This document shows, piece after piece, positions 10,535 to 24,300 of a stretch of DNA of 64,000 bases. The stretch comes from Rhynchopus sp. YZ270_cl-10 (lineage: Eukaryota): NCBI GenBank assembly GCA_964035575.1, contig OZ037834.1, positions 1,116,001 through 1,180,000 on the forward strand. Direction: 5' to 3'. A program made the position numbers and the translations under genes. The notes beneath the pieces were generated by a model that ran no database searches, had not been told where the DNA came from, and saw only the letters and a list, made by a program, of their open reading frames with translations. The stretch's first letter is position 1; every line of letters starts with the position of its first letter.

Positions 10535-11322
10535 GTTAACCACCCTCTCACTCTCACGTGGACGGCGGGACGCCACTTTACCTTTTTCCCCTTTTTCTTT
10601 TTGTTCTGTAGGTGAGGGTGTGAAAACTTTGAGGGGGAAAAAAAAACCAAAAAAAACTCTCATTTTGTGTGTGTTAGTTTGCTCTTTTTTGTCGACTGTT
10701 GCATTTTTTTTTATCGAAAAAAAAGGGGGGTCTGTGTGCGAGTATACATTTTCCTCAACTTTCTTCGATTCGTTTTGTGAGGCATTGAGGGAAAAGGGTT
10801 CGGGCCGGTTTCTCTAAAGGTAAATCGGTACCAGATCTGATAACACCGCAACGTTTTGGACTATATAGTGTACATAAACACAATATCTCCGTCGAATGCA
10901 GGCTGGGGGTGGGGGATGTAAAATACATACGAAAAATTGGCACTAAATCAGCCCAAGCTGGTAAGGGTGAATGTCACCAAGAGAGAGAGAGAGAGAGAGA
11001 GAAGAAATGCTTTCATTGTGTCTGACAAACCGCCCAAGTGCCCAGTGGGTACCTGGGTAGGGTCTGTGCTCAATGATATGGACAAAGCCTTTGTGCTATT
11101 GGAACTTTATTTTCCTTTTTGGTAAATTGTTGAGTGTAGTTGCCTCGCTTGTGTTGCCACAGTTTGTGCAATCTCCACACTTCTTTTGAGGAAGAAACTG
11201 TCTCTCAGAGGCTATGTGTGTGGTCCGTTTGTCACATTTTAAAGTGCGCGGTTATAAATGTTGAAATACATTTTTGTGTTTCTTGGTTTCTTTTACATTG
11301 GACCACTTGAGGGGGGGGGGGC

Positions 11323-12378
<1,056 letters not shown>

Positions 12379-12789
12379 GCACGACACAATCTTTTTCACA
12401 AACATTGTTTTGCTGTCGTTTCTGCGCATCTGATGTGAACGAGCTGTAAAGATGATAAGCTACCTTACATACACATCTAAAAAAAGGTGTCCAGACACGT
12501 TTGAAATCGAGACCATCTCTGTGCACACAGATCTAATAAATAAAGTGAATGCTTGACAGTTGCGGTGCAACGTTTCCACAGAATAAGGGGCGGGGAGCGG
12601 GGAAAGCAAAACAGCGGCCATGGCAGCAGCTGTGTGTATGGTGAAGCCATAGTGCGCAATATTGCAAAAAAAAATATAAAAAAAAAATACGCAAGAAGAT
12701 AATCTACAGAGGAAACGAAATAGTAATTTCATCATAATGCAATCAATAAATTGATTGTATATGATGCATACGGAAGAAAAAAAATAGAC

Positions 12790-12886
12790 CACCTGATTTT
12801 TACCCCGCGTACAGGCACGTTTTTTAGGACCGAGCAGGGCCGGAGAGGACCGTATACGCACCTATACACGAAGTAAAAATCAGGTG
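12790..12886. mobile_element. 97-bp MITE-like element
   Basis: Perfect 14-bp TIR CACCTGATTTTTAC / GTAAAAATCAGGTG; related ends near 33360, 33805 and 33890. Confidence 0.6.
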
Positions 12887-13344
12887 CATAGAGGAGGAAT
12901 AGTTGAAAGAGGAATATGTACCTTTCTTAGTACACATCTCAGGGATTTCTACAATTTTCCGAAAAATGACCCCAAAAAACCCCCCCCAAAAAAAATATGG
13001 AATCGGAAAGCAAAAAACAGTAGTCGTATGTCTTTGCGAGGGGGGGAAATGCCCAATTCCCTTTGCCTTCTCCCCCCAGTCCCCCACCCCCCCCTAACCC
13101 CCTGCTCTCCATTCAAGCTTTGCTTTTGTTTTGTGATTAAGATAATGAAGAGATGTTACCTTAGGGAAATCCGGGTGCCAAAACAATCGAATTCACAAAA
13201 AATATCACAAAAATCCCAAAAAAAAAAGATGCAATTTTGTTGTATGATTTTTGTTGTGCACATAGTAGCGTGGGCAACCCGGATCTCACTTATTTCCCCC
13301 CACCCCTCCCCCATTCCCCCCTTTTTTCCCCCTTCTTTTTAAAA

Positions 13345-15315
13345 CTAAGGCTTCAGAAAATCAAAGTGGTCGTACTGCGAGAAAAACGCCAGGATTGCGG
13401 AGGGTTGTGCCTCTGAGTCAGTTCTGCCTGACCCTGGGGTCGTGGGGAATTCCATGTAGTCAGATCCGTCACGGGTACGGCGGATGGCTGCGTGCGAAAC
13501 ACCTGCGGACGCGAGGTGACGGAGGGCAAGGGCACGCACCTCTGCGTCATCGTCGACCTTTGCGTGGGCGATACGAAGCGCACGCACGACTGCCTTCACA
13601 GCACGCAACGCAAGCGCAGACTGCACTGTGTCCACTAGCCCCGTCGTGTTCGCGACCACACGGACATGCGTTGATGAGTCGCCAATAGAACGCACATTCG
13701 AGACATATGGGAATGCACGCAGCGCAAGGGAGAGTCGGTGCAGCAGGACGGTCTTGGTGACCTGGTAAGGGATGCGTCCGTGTGTGGCGAGGACGTAGGC
13801 CAGAGCGTGGATGGCAGCGCTGTGGCAGGAGGCGGTGGGGACGGAAGGGGCGCCCATGTGGCATGGGAAGGCACCGTAGGCGGTGCTGGTGTTTTGCATG
13901 ATCTGGACGTCGAGGAGCGCCGCAAGGAGCGCGTTGAGCGTGACGGCGACGTCGAGGGCTGCCTTCGTGCCGTTGTTGAGGACGGCAAGCTTCACAGCGG
14001 CCACCACTGCGTCGGAGTGGCTGCGTGAGTGGACGTGCTCGCGGTGTGCCTCCACCACGTTGTCTGCGTACAGCTTCAGCTGCTTCAGCGCCCACTGGTT
14101 GTACTGCTCACCACGCTTCTGCGAGTTGGTGATACCCTTGTAGCGGTTCCGCTTCAGGTGGCCCGCAAAAGACGCAACGCTCGCAATGACCGTACCATAG
14201 TCGCGCGACATCGAGAAGTCGACTGCCCGATGTGTGTCCTCAACGTATGAATGGAAGTTCGCAAAGAGCTTGTCATACGGCACCGTGGTGTGCAGGCCGC
14301 CCTGTGTCAGGACGCCGCGGTCTGTGACAGTGAAGGTCTCATCCTGGTCGAGGGACTCACGCACAAAGGAGTTGTCGATCCAGGTCACGGCGTCGCCGGC
14401 TTGCTTGATCTTGACCTGCACCAGGTCCGAGTGGTTGACGGGTGTGTGGTAGGCAGGGGTGGACCCCATGGGTCCGTTGGCCAGCACAGAGTACCACTGC
14501 AGGCCGTCAGACTTCATCATTGAGTTCTTCTTGATCGTCGACGCCATCACGCAAGACGCAGGCTCGTTGACATACTTATGGCACAACGTTCCGTACGCAA
14601 GCTTGCCTTTCCCGAAGCTCTTTCTTGTCAGCACCTCAACCCGCATCTTGGGCACCTTGCTCTTCACACGGACTTCGATGTGAGACAGCACACTGCCGGC
14701 ATGCACCCGGTAGCGGTACTCCACATCCGCCTTCCCGTCAAGGTCTGCAGTAATGATGATTGTCTTCGTGTCGCGCGCTGAGTCGACCGTCGACTTCAGA
14801 GGAATCTTCCCACTGAAGTACGACGTTTCCTGCCCGCCGATGGTCAGCTTCACAAGAAACCCTTCGTAGACCACAGCCGCACTCTCCTGCCGGACAAAGC
14901 CCTGGAAGACCTTAGATGGCACCTTGAAGTGGTGGCGGTGGAGGTTGTTCTCGCAGACAAATGTGTCCTCTTCCTCTTGCGTCACTTCGATGCGCTGTTC
15001 TGCTGCACCGTTCATGATGTAGCCCTCAGAGCTCATCGAGAGGATGTACGAGAGGATGCCGTCTGCCTTGTGTTGGTAGCGCTCGTACACTCCGGGCATC
15101 GTGAGCACTTCGAGGGCACGTGCGTTGTCACCAGTGAGGAACCAACGGTCATCTGCATGCGCATGCTCCGATTGACGTACAGCGTCATGTGCATGAAACG
15201 GCACCACCATCCTGTCCACAATAAACTGCGTAGCCTCAAACAGACGCGACCCCTTCGCTCCCGCCACAGGGTGCACCACTGCCATGCAGACCAGCGCAAG
15301 CAACGGTCTGGACAT
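13345..15315 (-). CDS. Paralog 4 of the WxxDDNAK family (about 656 aa), divergent, with a signal-peptide-like N-terminus
   Basis: Likely start MSRPLLALVCMAVV at 15315; WFLTGDNARALEVLTMPGVYERY, DFSMSRDYG and TDSEAQPS align with the other paralogs. Confidence 0.88.
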   Translation of the reverse strand: MSRPLLALVCMAVVHPVAGAKGSRLFEATQFIVDRMVVPFHAHDAVRQSEHAHADDRWFLTGDNARALEVLTMPGVYERYQHKADGILSYILSMSSEGYIMNGAAEQRIEVTQEEEDTFVCENNLHRHHFKVPSKVFQGFVRQESAAVVYEGFLVKLTIGGQETSYFSGKIPLKSTVDSARDTKTIIITADLDGKADVEYRYRVHAGSVLSHIEVRVKSKVPKMRVEVLTRKSFGKGKLAYGTLCHKYVNEPASCVMASTIKKNSMMKSDGLQWYSVLANGPMGSTPAYHTPVNHSDLVQVKIKQAGDAVTWIDNSFVRESLDQDETFTVTDRGVLTQGGLHTTVPYDKLFANFHSYVEDTHRAVDFSMSRDYGTVIASVASFAGHLKRNRYKGITNSQKRGEQYNQWALKQLKLYADNVVEAHREHVHSRSHSDAVVAAVKLAVLNNGTKAALDVAVTLNALLAALLDVQIMQNTSTAYGAFPCHMGAPSVPTASCHSAAIHALAYVLATHGRIPYQVTKTVLLHRLSLALRAFPYVSNVRSIGDSSTHVRVVANTTGLVDTVQSALALRAVKAVVRALRIAHAKVDDDAEVRALALRHLASAGVSHAAIRRTRDGSDYMEFPTTPGSGRTDSEAQPSAILAFFSQYDHFDFLKP

Positions 15316-15532
15316 CGTTATGCTCTTTTGTTCCCTAGTGGAGGGGTATTGGATAAGACAGGATGGTGCTGTAGGATTGTGGGGAAAACAATGTGGACGG
15401 GGACTCTGTTTGAAAGGTTTGGTATAATGCAAGGCCTAAAGGGGCATCTCTGTGTTTTTAGTCAAAAAAAAATGGGGGGCTAGAAATAGACCCCATATGT
15501 TTCCCTCCCCCCTCCCCTATCCCTTCTGCAAT

Positions 15533-17665
15533 TTAGGCTGCCTTGCTGACATCCCGCCCGCCAAAGCTGCTTGGTGTGGTGGGAATGGTTTGTGTGGCAC
15601 CACCATTACCACTCTGCACCACACCCCCTTGCGAGGACTGCGGTGCCGGCTTGCTGTCGTGCGCTCCTGGCACAGAGCCGGATGCTGCACCGGGGCCACC
15701 ACCACCACCACCACCGTCCTTACTGCTTGCAGAGTGTGTCGCTGCCGTGAAGCCTACCGGGCTCGACATAGGTGTCGGAACTGAGTGTGGCGGTGTGCAT
15801 ACAGAGGCTGTTGCCGCCTCGCTGCCTTCGAGGAGGAACACCGCACCACCACTGCCGCCGCCACTGCCACCACCGCTGCCACCGGGCACCTTCGCACTCC
15901 CGAGGGAGCTGCTGGAGCAGGCGCTGTTGCACTTCGTCCGTTTGTGTTTGGTCGGGGAATGCACCTCCGTGGCGACAAGCTGGCTGTACACTGGAGAGGT
16001 CGACCGCAACGACGTCGTGCCACCTGACTTCTTATCCGTCTGCTGCATACCTGCAGACAACACGAAGTTCACGTTTTTGACGGAGACAGCGTTGACCCCA
16101 TTTGCTGGTAGCCCACCACTGCCAGGCTTTGCGGTGGTGGTCGTCGTCGTCGTGGCGGTGCCACCAAGAAGCCAGCCGTGGCCGAGGGTGAGAAGTTCAA
16201 GCATCTCCTTCGTGAGGGGTGGGTGTTCAGAGTCTTCGAGGTCCTTCTGCGGGAGAAGTGCACGGAACTGTCGTGTCTGCCACACTTCGTCGTCTTCGTC
16301 GTCGCGACCGTCCTCCTCATCCGCGATGTCGCTGGTGAACTCGCTCTTCATTTCCGAATGGCTCTTCATATCTGAGGTAGGGTCAAACGTATCTAGTCCA
16401 TCTGAAGGATCGACGGGGCATGCGGGCAGAATGTTCAGCGCATTGTGCTCATTGATCTGATGGTGTGTCAACCCTTCGCGTCTCGGGGGCAGGGAGAGCG
16501 TCACCTCTTGCCTGGCCTGCTCTGCTTGGTCGAGAAGTGTTTCGTTGCCGCAGGAGGATGCGTCCACTATGGGAGCTGTGTTCTGTGTGGGTTTGACCTG
16601 CATCGAGAGACTCAGAGAAGAGCTTGCGACACTGCTTTTCCGGTCCGGCTTGATCTTCCGCGAGCCTTTGATGCATGAGTTGAGCGACACCCCCGCACGC
16701 CCCTCTTCGTCCTCCCCTTCCACCACACGGTACTCTAGCCACGCACTTTGGCAGTACTTTTTGCACTCCCCGGTTTCCGTCGTTCCAAACAACGTAACCG
16801 GGTACGACCCTGGCGGCGACGGCGGTGCAAGAAACACCACATATTGATGGTCCACCACGGTGCACGGAGGCGAGAACAGATCAAACCCTGTTCTCGTCTT
16901 CAACTTCACTGCCACTCTGTACGGCGCCATATCCGGGTCCAAATAGTTAACCTGCATGCGAACCGGCTTATGCCCTGTCGTAGGTGCCCAATAGTTTGTT
17001 TGCATGATGAAAGGGTGCACCGGAGGCTTGGGTGGTTGCGAGAGAGAGGCGGCACGAAGCATGCGGACCTGTCTGGTTAGTTCGCTGACTTGGTCGCGGA
17101 GGCAGTTTGCTTGCGGGACGTCCGAGAGGAATGCAGTCGATTCGGACACATCATCGGAGGTGGAGGTGCCGCAAAAGGAGACCTGGTCCTGCACGGAGGT
17201 GGACACCGCAGAGACACTCTCGGTGATGCTTTCGGTGTGGTGGCTGTCCTTCCCGGGGATGTGCCAAGTGACGTGTTGCTTCTCGCGTCGTGTAGTGGAG
17301 AGAATGCTTTGCTTCCGCTTCTCTGCCTTCCGCCGTTCGATCTTCTCCTGCGCTCGTTTGCTATCAAGGATGAATTTGGTTTGCGACCCATCGACCTTCA
17401 CGAAGCCAAGCTTCAGCAGGCCCTGAGACATCGATATAACACCGCCGTGCTTTGCGAGGTGTGGGTGCACCTCCAACACAACGGGGCCAGAGTACTTCGT
17501 TGTGTCGGAATAGACCCGCCAGTCCTTTTCATAGGGTCTGATAAAATCCCTCAAAATCTGCCACTTTGCGAGCCACAACGAACGCTTTTGGATAGCTCCT
17601 AGCAGACGCAGCACTTCCTCTTCTGCGCAAGCCTCCCACGCCGTCTCCGCTGCACCACCAGACAT
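15533..17665 (-). CDS. Hypothetical protein (about 710 aa) with a possible IPT/TIG-like domain and long low-complexity regions
   Basis: Long ORF with first ATG at 17665; VVDHQYVVFLAPPSPPGSYPVTL resembles an IPT/TIG strand pattern. Confidence 0.75.
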   Translation of the reverse strand: MSGGAAETAWEACAEEEVLRLLGAIQKRSLWLAKWQILRDFIRPYEKDWRVYSDTTKYSGPVVLEVHPHLAKHGGVISMSQGLLKLGFVKVDGSQTKFILDSKRAQEKIERRKAEKRKQSILSTTRREKQHVTWHIPGKDSHHTESITESVSAVSTSVQDQVSFCGTSTSDDVSESTAFLSDVPQANCLRDQVSELTRQVRMLRAASLSQPPKPPVHPFIMQTNYWAPTTGHKPVRMQVNYLDPDMAPYRVAVKLKTRTGFDLFSPPCTVVDHQYVVFLAPPSPPGSYPVTLFGTTETGECKKYCQSAWLEYRVVEGEDEEGRAGVSLNSCIKGSRKIKPDRKSSVASSSLSLSMQVKPTQNTAPIVDASSCGNETLLDQAEQARQEVTLSLPPRREGLTHHQINEHNALNILPACPVDPSDGLDTFDPTSDMKSHSEMKSEFTSDIADEEDGRDDEDDEVWQTRQFRALLPQKDLEDSEHPPLTKEMLELLTLGHGWLLGGTATTTTTTTAKPGSGGLPANGVNAVSVKNVNFVLSAGMQQTDKKSGGTTSLRSTSPVYSQLVATEVHSPTKHKRTKCNSACSSSSLGSAKVPGGSGGGSGGGSGGAVFLLEGSEAATASVCTPPHSVPTPMSSPVGFTAATHSASSKDGGGGGGGPGAASGSVPGAHDSKPAPQSSQGGVVQSGNGGATQTIPTTPSSFGGRDVSKAA

Positions 17666-17985
17666 CCTTGAGGGAACAGAGAACACTAGGTGAAGATTAT
17701 CTCAGAGGAGAGAGTAAGGTGAAAAAGGAAGGCAGCTGTTTAAAAAAAAAAAAAAAAAAGAATGATTTCGTGCTGATGGGAGAAAAGAAATGTGTGGGTG
17801 GCGTGGGAGGGTGGGAAATATATTGTGTATTGGAGGGTGTTTCTGAGGTAGTTGACTGGTTTTTTGGAGAAGGGTGTAAGGAGGAAGGTGCGGAGGAAAA
17901 AAAATGGTATTGTGTCCTACTTTTTTTCTTGGCAAAAAAAAAAAAAAAAAAAAAAAAAAGAAAAAAGAAAAAAAAAAGAAAATTA

Positions 17986-18364
17986 TAGGCTGATTGACGC
18001 CGGGCTTGGCCGGTGGTGATCGGTGGTGATCGGTGGTGATCGGTGGTGATCGGTGGTGATCGGTGGTGATCGACGGTGATCGGTACTGATCGGTGGTGAT
18101 CGGTGGTGATCGACGGTGATCGGTAGTGATCGATGGTGATCGGTGGGTGGTCGGTGGTGATCGATGGTGATCGACGGTGATCGGTACTGATCGGTGGTGA
18201 TCGGTGCGTAAATCGATGTGGTCGGTGCAATCGGTGGGTGAGCGGTGGTGGTCGGTGGTGATCGGTGCTGATCGACGGTGATCGATCGCGATCGGTGGTG
18301 ATCCGTTTAAATCGGTGGTAAAAAGTGACAAAATGGGCAAACCAGCCCGACGTCAATCAGCCTA
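17986..18364. mobile_element. hAT-like MITE filled with a 10-bp tandem repeat (GGTGGTGATC)
   Basis: TIR TAGGCTGATTGACGCCGGGCT / AGCCCGACGTCAATCAGCCTA; about 30 imperfect decamer copies inside; flanks only partly duplicated (GAAAA). Confidence 0.8.
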
Positions 18365-18374
18365 GAAAACGTTC

Positions 18375-18406
<32 letters not shown>

Positions 18407-18524
18407 GGAATCTGGGGGAACCCGGAAGATAGGTTTGCAAACCTTCCCTTTGCCTTCCCTTAACTCTCCCTTTAGACAGAACAATTTGAGTGCTAAAGAA
18501 TATAAAGCACTGTCGTTGTTTTGC

Positions 18525-19575
18525 TGTGTCGACAAATGACCTCAGTACTTACCTTCGTGGGTTTAACTATAGGTCTGTACACAACGTGGGCCGAAGCTTT
18601 TTGTGATTTTTTTTTAATAGTTTCGACAATCACCTCCGAGGACGGCTTCTGTACACAAAGTCGCCCGAAGGCGGGGTTTTCGGGCTATTTTATTTTCCTA
18701 TTTTTTTTTTTTCGCAAATTGCGGCACACCCACTGCTGTGGGACGTATATCGGGAGGGGGGGAAGGTTCGTATAAACCTTAAAAACATTTCATGTACTTT
18801 CTATTGAGAAAGGAGTATGACAAAAAAAAGGGAAAAAGAAGAAAAAAAAGAAAAGTTTATCTAAGATGACCCCAAGCCGCTCTGTGCTTACCGTCACCTT
18901 TGAACACATTCGTTATCGGCGCAGTAACAGCTGTGCAGAACAATGCTGGTAAGATGACCCTAAGCAGGGCTTCAGTCACCTTATCCAATCCTATGAAGAA
19001 AGGGGAAAGACCTCAAAAACTTAAACAAGAAAAGAGACCTTTTTCCGAAGAAATTGAACGAAAAAGAACTTAGCTCACAAACACATTCCGCAGAACACAC
19101 AAAACCTCTGTGGACCAGTAGACGTTTGCGGGTCTGCTTAGTCACCTTTAAAAAAAAAACATCAGGTAGCACCCCGCTTTCACACGATGTACCCATTTGA
19201 TTGTCAGACCCACACCACACATTATAGGCAGACAATAAACAAGAGACTGGAGACCCGAAGATGGTCTCAGAAAAGGCGCTTTTTTTTGTTGTTGTGTCGA
19301 CAGTCACTTCGCTCCAAAAAAAAAAAAACGGGAACAAAGTTCTGTACTTCAAAGTTGGCCGAAGCCTTTTGTACTGCAGAAGGAAAAGACGTAGGTCGTC
19401 CTGAACCCTAAAGAGTAATTTTTAGTTCTTCACTTCACTATTTTGTTGAAATGGCATTTTTTTCGTCGACAATCGCCTAAGAACCCGCTTGGGGAACCCA
19501 GAGTTCTGTACTCAATGTTGGCCGAAGCCTTTTGTACTGCGAAAGGTATAGACGTCAGTTGTCCTGAACCCTTGA
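18525..19575. repeat. Cluster of four related direct repeats (TCGACA...TCTGTAC...CCGAAG) interleaved with family A hairpins
   Basis: Copies at ~18527, 18622, 19295 and 19465. Confidence 0.7.
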
Positions 19576-21321
19576 GGCGTGAGAGCAACTTATTTTTTTT
19601 GAAAACCTTGGTTGTATTAGTGTATACACCCGAGGATGAACTCCACTATTATTATTTTTTGATAAATTGTTGGGGTGTGGTTGCCTCGGTTGTGTTGCCA
19701 CAGTTGTGCAATCTCCACTGTCCAAAAAGTTCACTCACGAAAAGGCCTCTGATCTCGGGCCTTTTTTTTTTGCTCAAACCTGCATTTTCTATTTGAATGC
19801 ACTCAACAGGATGCACACAACACAACCCTGGCCAACAACCAGAAGGAAGGGGACGTTACATGGAGAAAGAACTACGAGGGATGGTACGCTGATCGTATTA
19901 ATTAGAGGTGACAAGATAGGGGAGGCTCGAGGGGGGGGCACGTGAGTGTGTGCGTGTCCCCTGCTCTAAGTGGCGATGTGTGATGCGCAAGAAGAGAGGG
20001 CGCGGGGAGGGGGGATAAACCAACCTTAATCTTAGTGAATCTTAGAAAAAAAACTTTTTTAAAAAAATAACGTTGAAAAGATGCAAGCGTATGCAAAGGT
20101 CTCACTGTATACCGGCGGACGCAAAAGAATAAAAAAAGAGAAGTTGAAAAGTGCAAACGCCTCACCATTCATCGGCGGACGCAGGCACAGAAAAAAAAAC
20201 ACATCGAGTACTGTAGGGGCCCACTCCTCTTTTGCAACTTAACAATAACGTTAGCGAGAGCCAGGTGAGGCACAACCCAGCATTTTGCACATCAAATGAT
20301 GTGTTTAAAAAGACAAAGAACTGCAAAAAAAAAAAAAAAAAAAGCTGCCGGCGACTGAGAAAGAATGGAAAGGAACGTGGTATTGAATAGCGTTAAAAAA
20401 AGCAGACAAAAAAAAAAAAAAAAGAGAGAAAAAAAAAAAAGTTAGGCAAGAGTACCTATGCCGTGCTTAGGTTAAATGCTCCACCCTTTTTTTGGAAAAC
20501 AGGTGGAGTTTTTTTGCATCGATGCAACACCTATTGTTATGAGTGGACGCGATACGAGATGCAAAAAAAGGGGGGGAAGTGTTGACAAAAGATCGTACGG
20601 AGCATCGTTGCTCAGCCACCCCCTTGAACCGAAGAAGAAAAAAAAATTGAGAGATATTGTACCACTGCCCCCATCGAAAGGAAATACAAGGGGTTGTTTA
20701 GGCTGCACACCATTGCATGCAGCTATTGGGTGGCAAGAAGCTGTCTTTTTCTTGTACATTGTGCAAACTCCTCCACGGACGCAGGCACAACATCAAATAA
20801 GAGAGCGAGAGAAACATTGTTACCAACCTGAGTTTCATGCCTCGTACTGTAGTGTACCATACACCAAGAAAAAAGGGTGAAGTTATTAATGCAGGCACCG
20901 CTGACTCAGAAAAAAATAGTGCTAGAACGCATTTCAGTCAAAAAAAAAAAAAGTATTCCAACAACACGCATTCAATAAACTGAGAGCATAGGCATAGGGA
21001 TCAAAGCATAATCAAAACATTTTTTTTTTTTTTTCCCCGCAGCTGCCCCCCCCACTCCAAACACAGAGCAGACTTCTCCCGCTCTCCCCACCAGCCGGTC
21101 TATTCTACCCCCCACACCCGTCACACCCCATGGATGATGACACACTGTAGCTATTATCTGATGGATTCAGCGAATCAGAACCCCACACGCGGCCCTCACC
21201 CCATACCCCCTTTTTTTCCAAGACACCTTGCGTATCTTCGGAGTGTTCAACCCGAACACAACCCCTATTAGTTATCCCCCATTATTTTCCGCTTTTGGGA
21301 CCCCCCCCTCCTCCCCCCCGT

Positions 21322-24300
21322 TCACTTCAACAACAGCTGAGGGCGCGCCACCCCTGAGGTAAGAAGTGTATGGCAGTTCAAGCACACCCGGCCACATGCA
21401 GCTTTCTGTTTATTTTTATTTTTATTGAAAACTTGGTTGTATTAGTGTAGACACCCGAGGATGAACTCCACTATAATTATTTTATTTTTTCAAAAAAAAC
21501 CCACACAACCCTATACCTTAGACGAGCAGGTTCCACAGAATATGTATCCGCAACAGCGGCAGTGGTGGCGGCGGTTGAAGAAGGTGAACGGGACTCTGCA
21601 GGAGAGACAGGCGTTTGCGAACTTGTCTGGGAGCCATGCACAGGGCGACGAGGCGACTACGGGTACGACCACACTGGCACTTCCAGCAGCACCTTTTAGC
21701 TGGTCCACCTCAACGTAGGTAGAGTCACCAACGTCGCTGACACCAGATAAGGCAGAGGCAGAGGCAAGCGACATTCGGTTGGACAGCGACAGCGACAGCG
21801 GCGAGTGCACAGAAGGCATGCCCATCTGCACCATCGCCCGCCGCAGTGCCTCCTCCACCCCGCAGTAGTACGTCTCCCACACCGCAATGCCTGCGTCCAA
21901 CGTCGTCTCAAATCGCAGGTCTGTCGTCGCCGTGTACGTCTCGTTGAAGAACGTCTGCACCAAGGCCACAATGCGTCCCGTCTCCACGTTGCCGTTCACT
22001 TCATGTTCTTCGGTCGCGTCAAGACCCCAGAAGATGAAGTCTGTCAGCGACACCGTTCTATCAGAGAGTTCTTTGCGTTCCTGATGAAAAGAGTTTTTGA
22101 AATGTTTGGAAAAAAATGCATACCTTAGGACTGTTGCAACAGAACGACCCGATCTTCCCTTCCCACGGAACATAGCAGAGCCACAACAGAAAGGCGGTGT
22201 TGAACTCAAACGCCTGCGGGAACTGCTTCACAACGTGCGCGACCGCTTCGATGAACTGCAGGTAGATCGGGCTGAGGCCCTTAGCACGGTGCTTCTCCGA
22301 TCCTGCGAGGCCAAGACGCTCTGCAAACTTATGCGCCCCTGCGAACCAATCCTTTTCAATAAGCACAATAAAGCCACGTATCGTACGGTAGTACGGATCC
22401 AACAGCAGATTCGCTATAGAAACAATCTGTGAGGTGCGGTCCCATCCATTTGTACAATGCACAAGAACTGAGGTCGATTCACGGCCTACCATTGTCGCAA
22501 CTTTGACGGAGGCACTCAAAATTTTGCGGATATGCGAAATCCACCCAGACGTCTCCAAGGCACGCCGCCACTCAGGCTCGCCTCTCTGCCCTGTTGCAAG
22601 GCTTTTACGGAGTTTGTCTAGACCAGCCCGCATTGCGTGGATATTGCCTATATCCGCGTAGACCGCTTTGCATCCTGAAGATGTGTAGTTCGCAACAGAG
22701 ATGTAGCCACCGCCTTTGGCGAGGTTGGCGACTGCGTTTTGGAAGGGGCGGGCATCGAGGACCGCGACGGGGGTGTTTTCGGTAACGCAGAGGGTTGTCA
22801 TATAAGCTTCGTCGACGGAGGAGCGTCGGTTGCGCACACCAACAGCAGGCTGCGATGCACGCAGCAACGTCGCGCCTGAGATAGGATGAATCCACGACAC
22901 CATTGGGAAACGGCGTCCTACACGAAAGTCGGCAAGACCCTCAATCTCCGCATCCGTCGTATCGTGCGGGACTACTGTCAACTCCGGCATCGTCTCGCAC
23001 AGCGCAAAGTCTTTATTCGCCGTCGAAATACGGAAGCGGGCCACCCTTTCGGGCACCACGGTGGACCCATCGTCGTTCTCTGCAGAGGAGGCACTAAGAC
23101 GCCGTTCTGTATACCGCAACACACAGCGTTTCAACTCATTGAAGTAATGCTTGCCATGCGGCGCTCTGGGGCCCTGAAACACTCCACTGGAGTGATACTT
23201 AAAGCAGAAGTGGGAGGAAAGACTGTAGTTCTGTGGGAGAAATTTTAGTAATGCGCCTCCCGTTGCGCGGGCAATGGTGAAACGCGACCCAGGAGCTGAC
23301 AAAGGCGGTGGCGGTGGAGGATGCGAAGGTGACCTTGCCGCAGTGGAGGTAGGCTGCCCTGCAGGCTCTGCGTCGGGCGATTTCAATACATTCGGCCGTA
23401 TTGTGGGTGTACTGTCTGCCGACGCAGGCTGCTCCACGACCACATTCCTCCAATCATAGAGAGAATACTCCTCAGGCTCCCGGAAGCACAGCGACACACT
23501 CCACGTATTTTTGCAGGTCAACTCCAAATAGATACTACGCCGCACCGACGCAACAAAGCTCCCCCCTTCCTCCGCCCTCGGCTGCGCCACCCCGGTCACC
23601 AACGGAGTACCCGCATCGCTGGTACCCCCTCTGTTATCATCATAAATATGCATAGAAAGAATCAATGCTACAGGGAATTCCACTGCATCTGCAAAATTAC
23701 GTTCTAAAACGTCAATGGAAGAGGTACGTTGTGCGGTGGTGATAAGACCGGGGAGATTGCTCGCATTTAATAAAGGCCGAATGATAACTCTACGATCGGT
23801 GACGAGGAGGTGTACTGCATGGAGCATTGCCTCTGCCACAACGTGGGTGGAACAGAGTGATATAGGCGTCTCTCCTTCCGTCAAAGGCCCAGCATGCAAA
23901 AACGTTGCAGGAATTGGTTGTGAAAAGCCCCAGATAGACGAAACAGATGGTGCTTCAAACCCGCCCAACCCCTCTTCTCGTTCTCCACTTCCACCCTCCA
24001 CCTCCCGCACCAACCCCGCAACCGCCAATGTAAACGCCTTAAGGGATGTTACCCACCTCCCAATCCGTCGTGAAACTTCTACTACCCCTAAAGACTTTCC
24101 GTACATCCGGTCGCATCGGAGACGTGAGACAAAAATTAAAAAGAAGTGATGTTCTTCGGGGTAGCTGCTTTCGTGAGGACCTTTTTGGGTTTCCTCTGGA
24201 GGGGAAACCCCGGGGGCAGCGAATGCAGCCCGCATGAGGTCTTGCGTGACGCGGGTGCGGAGTGAGGTGGGGCAGCGTACCCAACGTTGGGTAGAATCGG

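Noticed and set aside
19338..19350. AGTTCTGTACTT resembling the euglenozoan spliced-leader core (also ACGATTTAAAA near 54372)
   Set aside because: Only 10-11 nt match, antisense to the gene cluster, with no adjoining SL exon, GT donor or Sm site.
18856..19575. Possible CRISPR-like repeat-spacer array
   Set aside because: Repeats are diverged, irregularly spaced and dispersed across the window; no cas genes; eukaryotic context.
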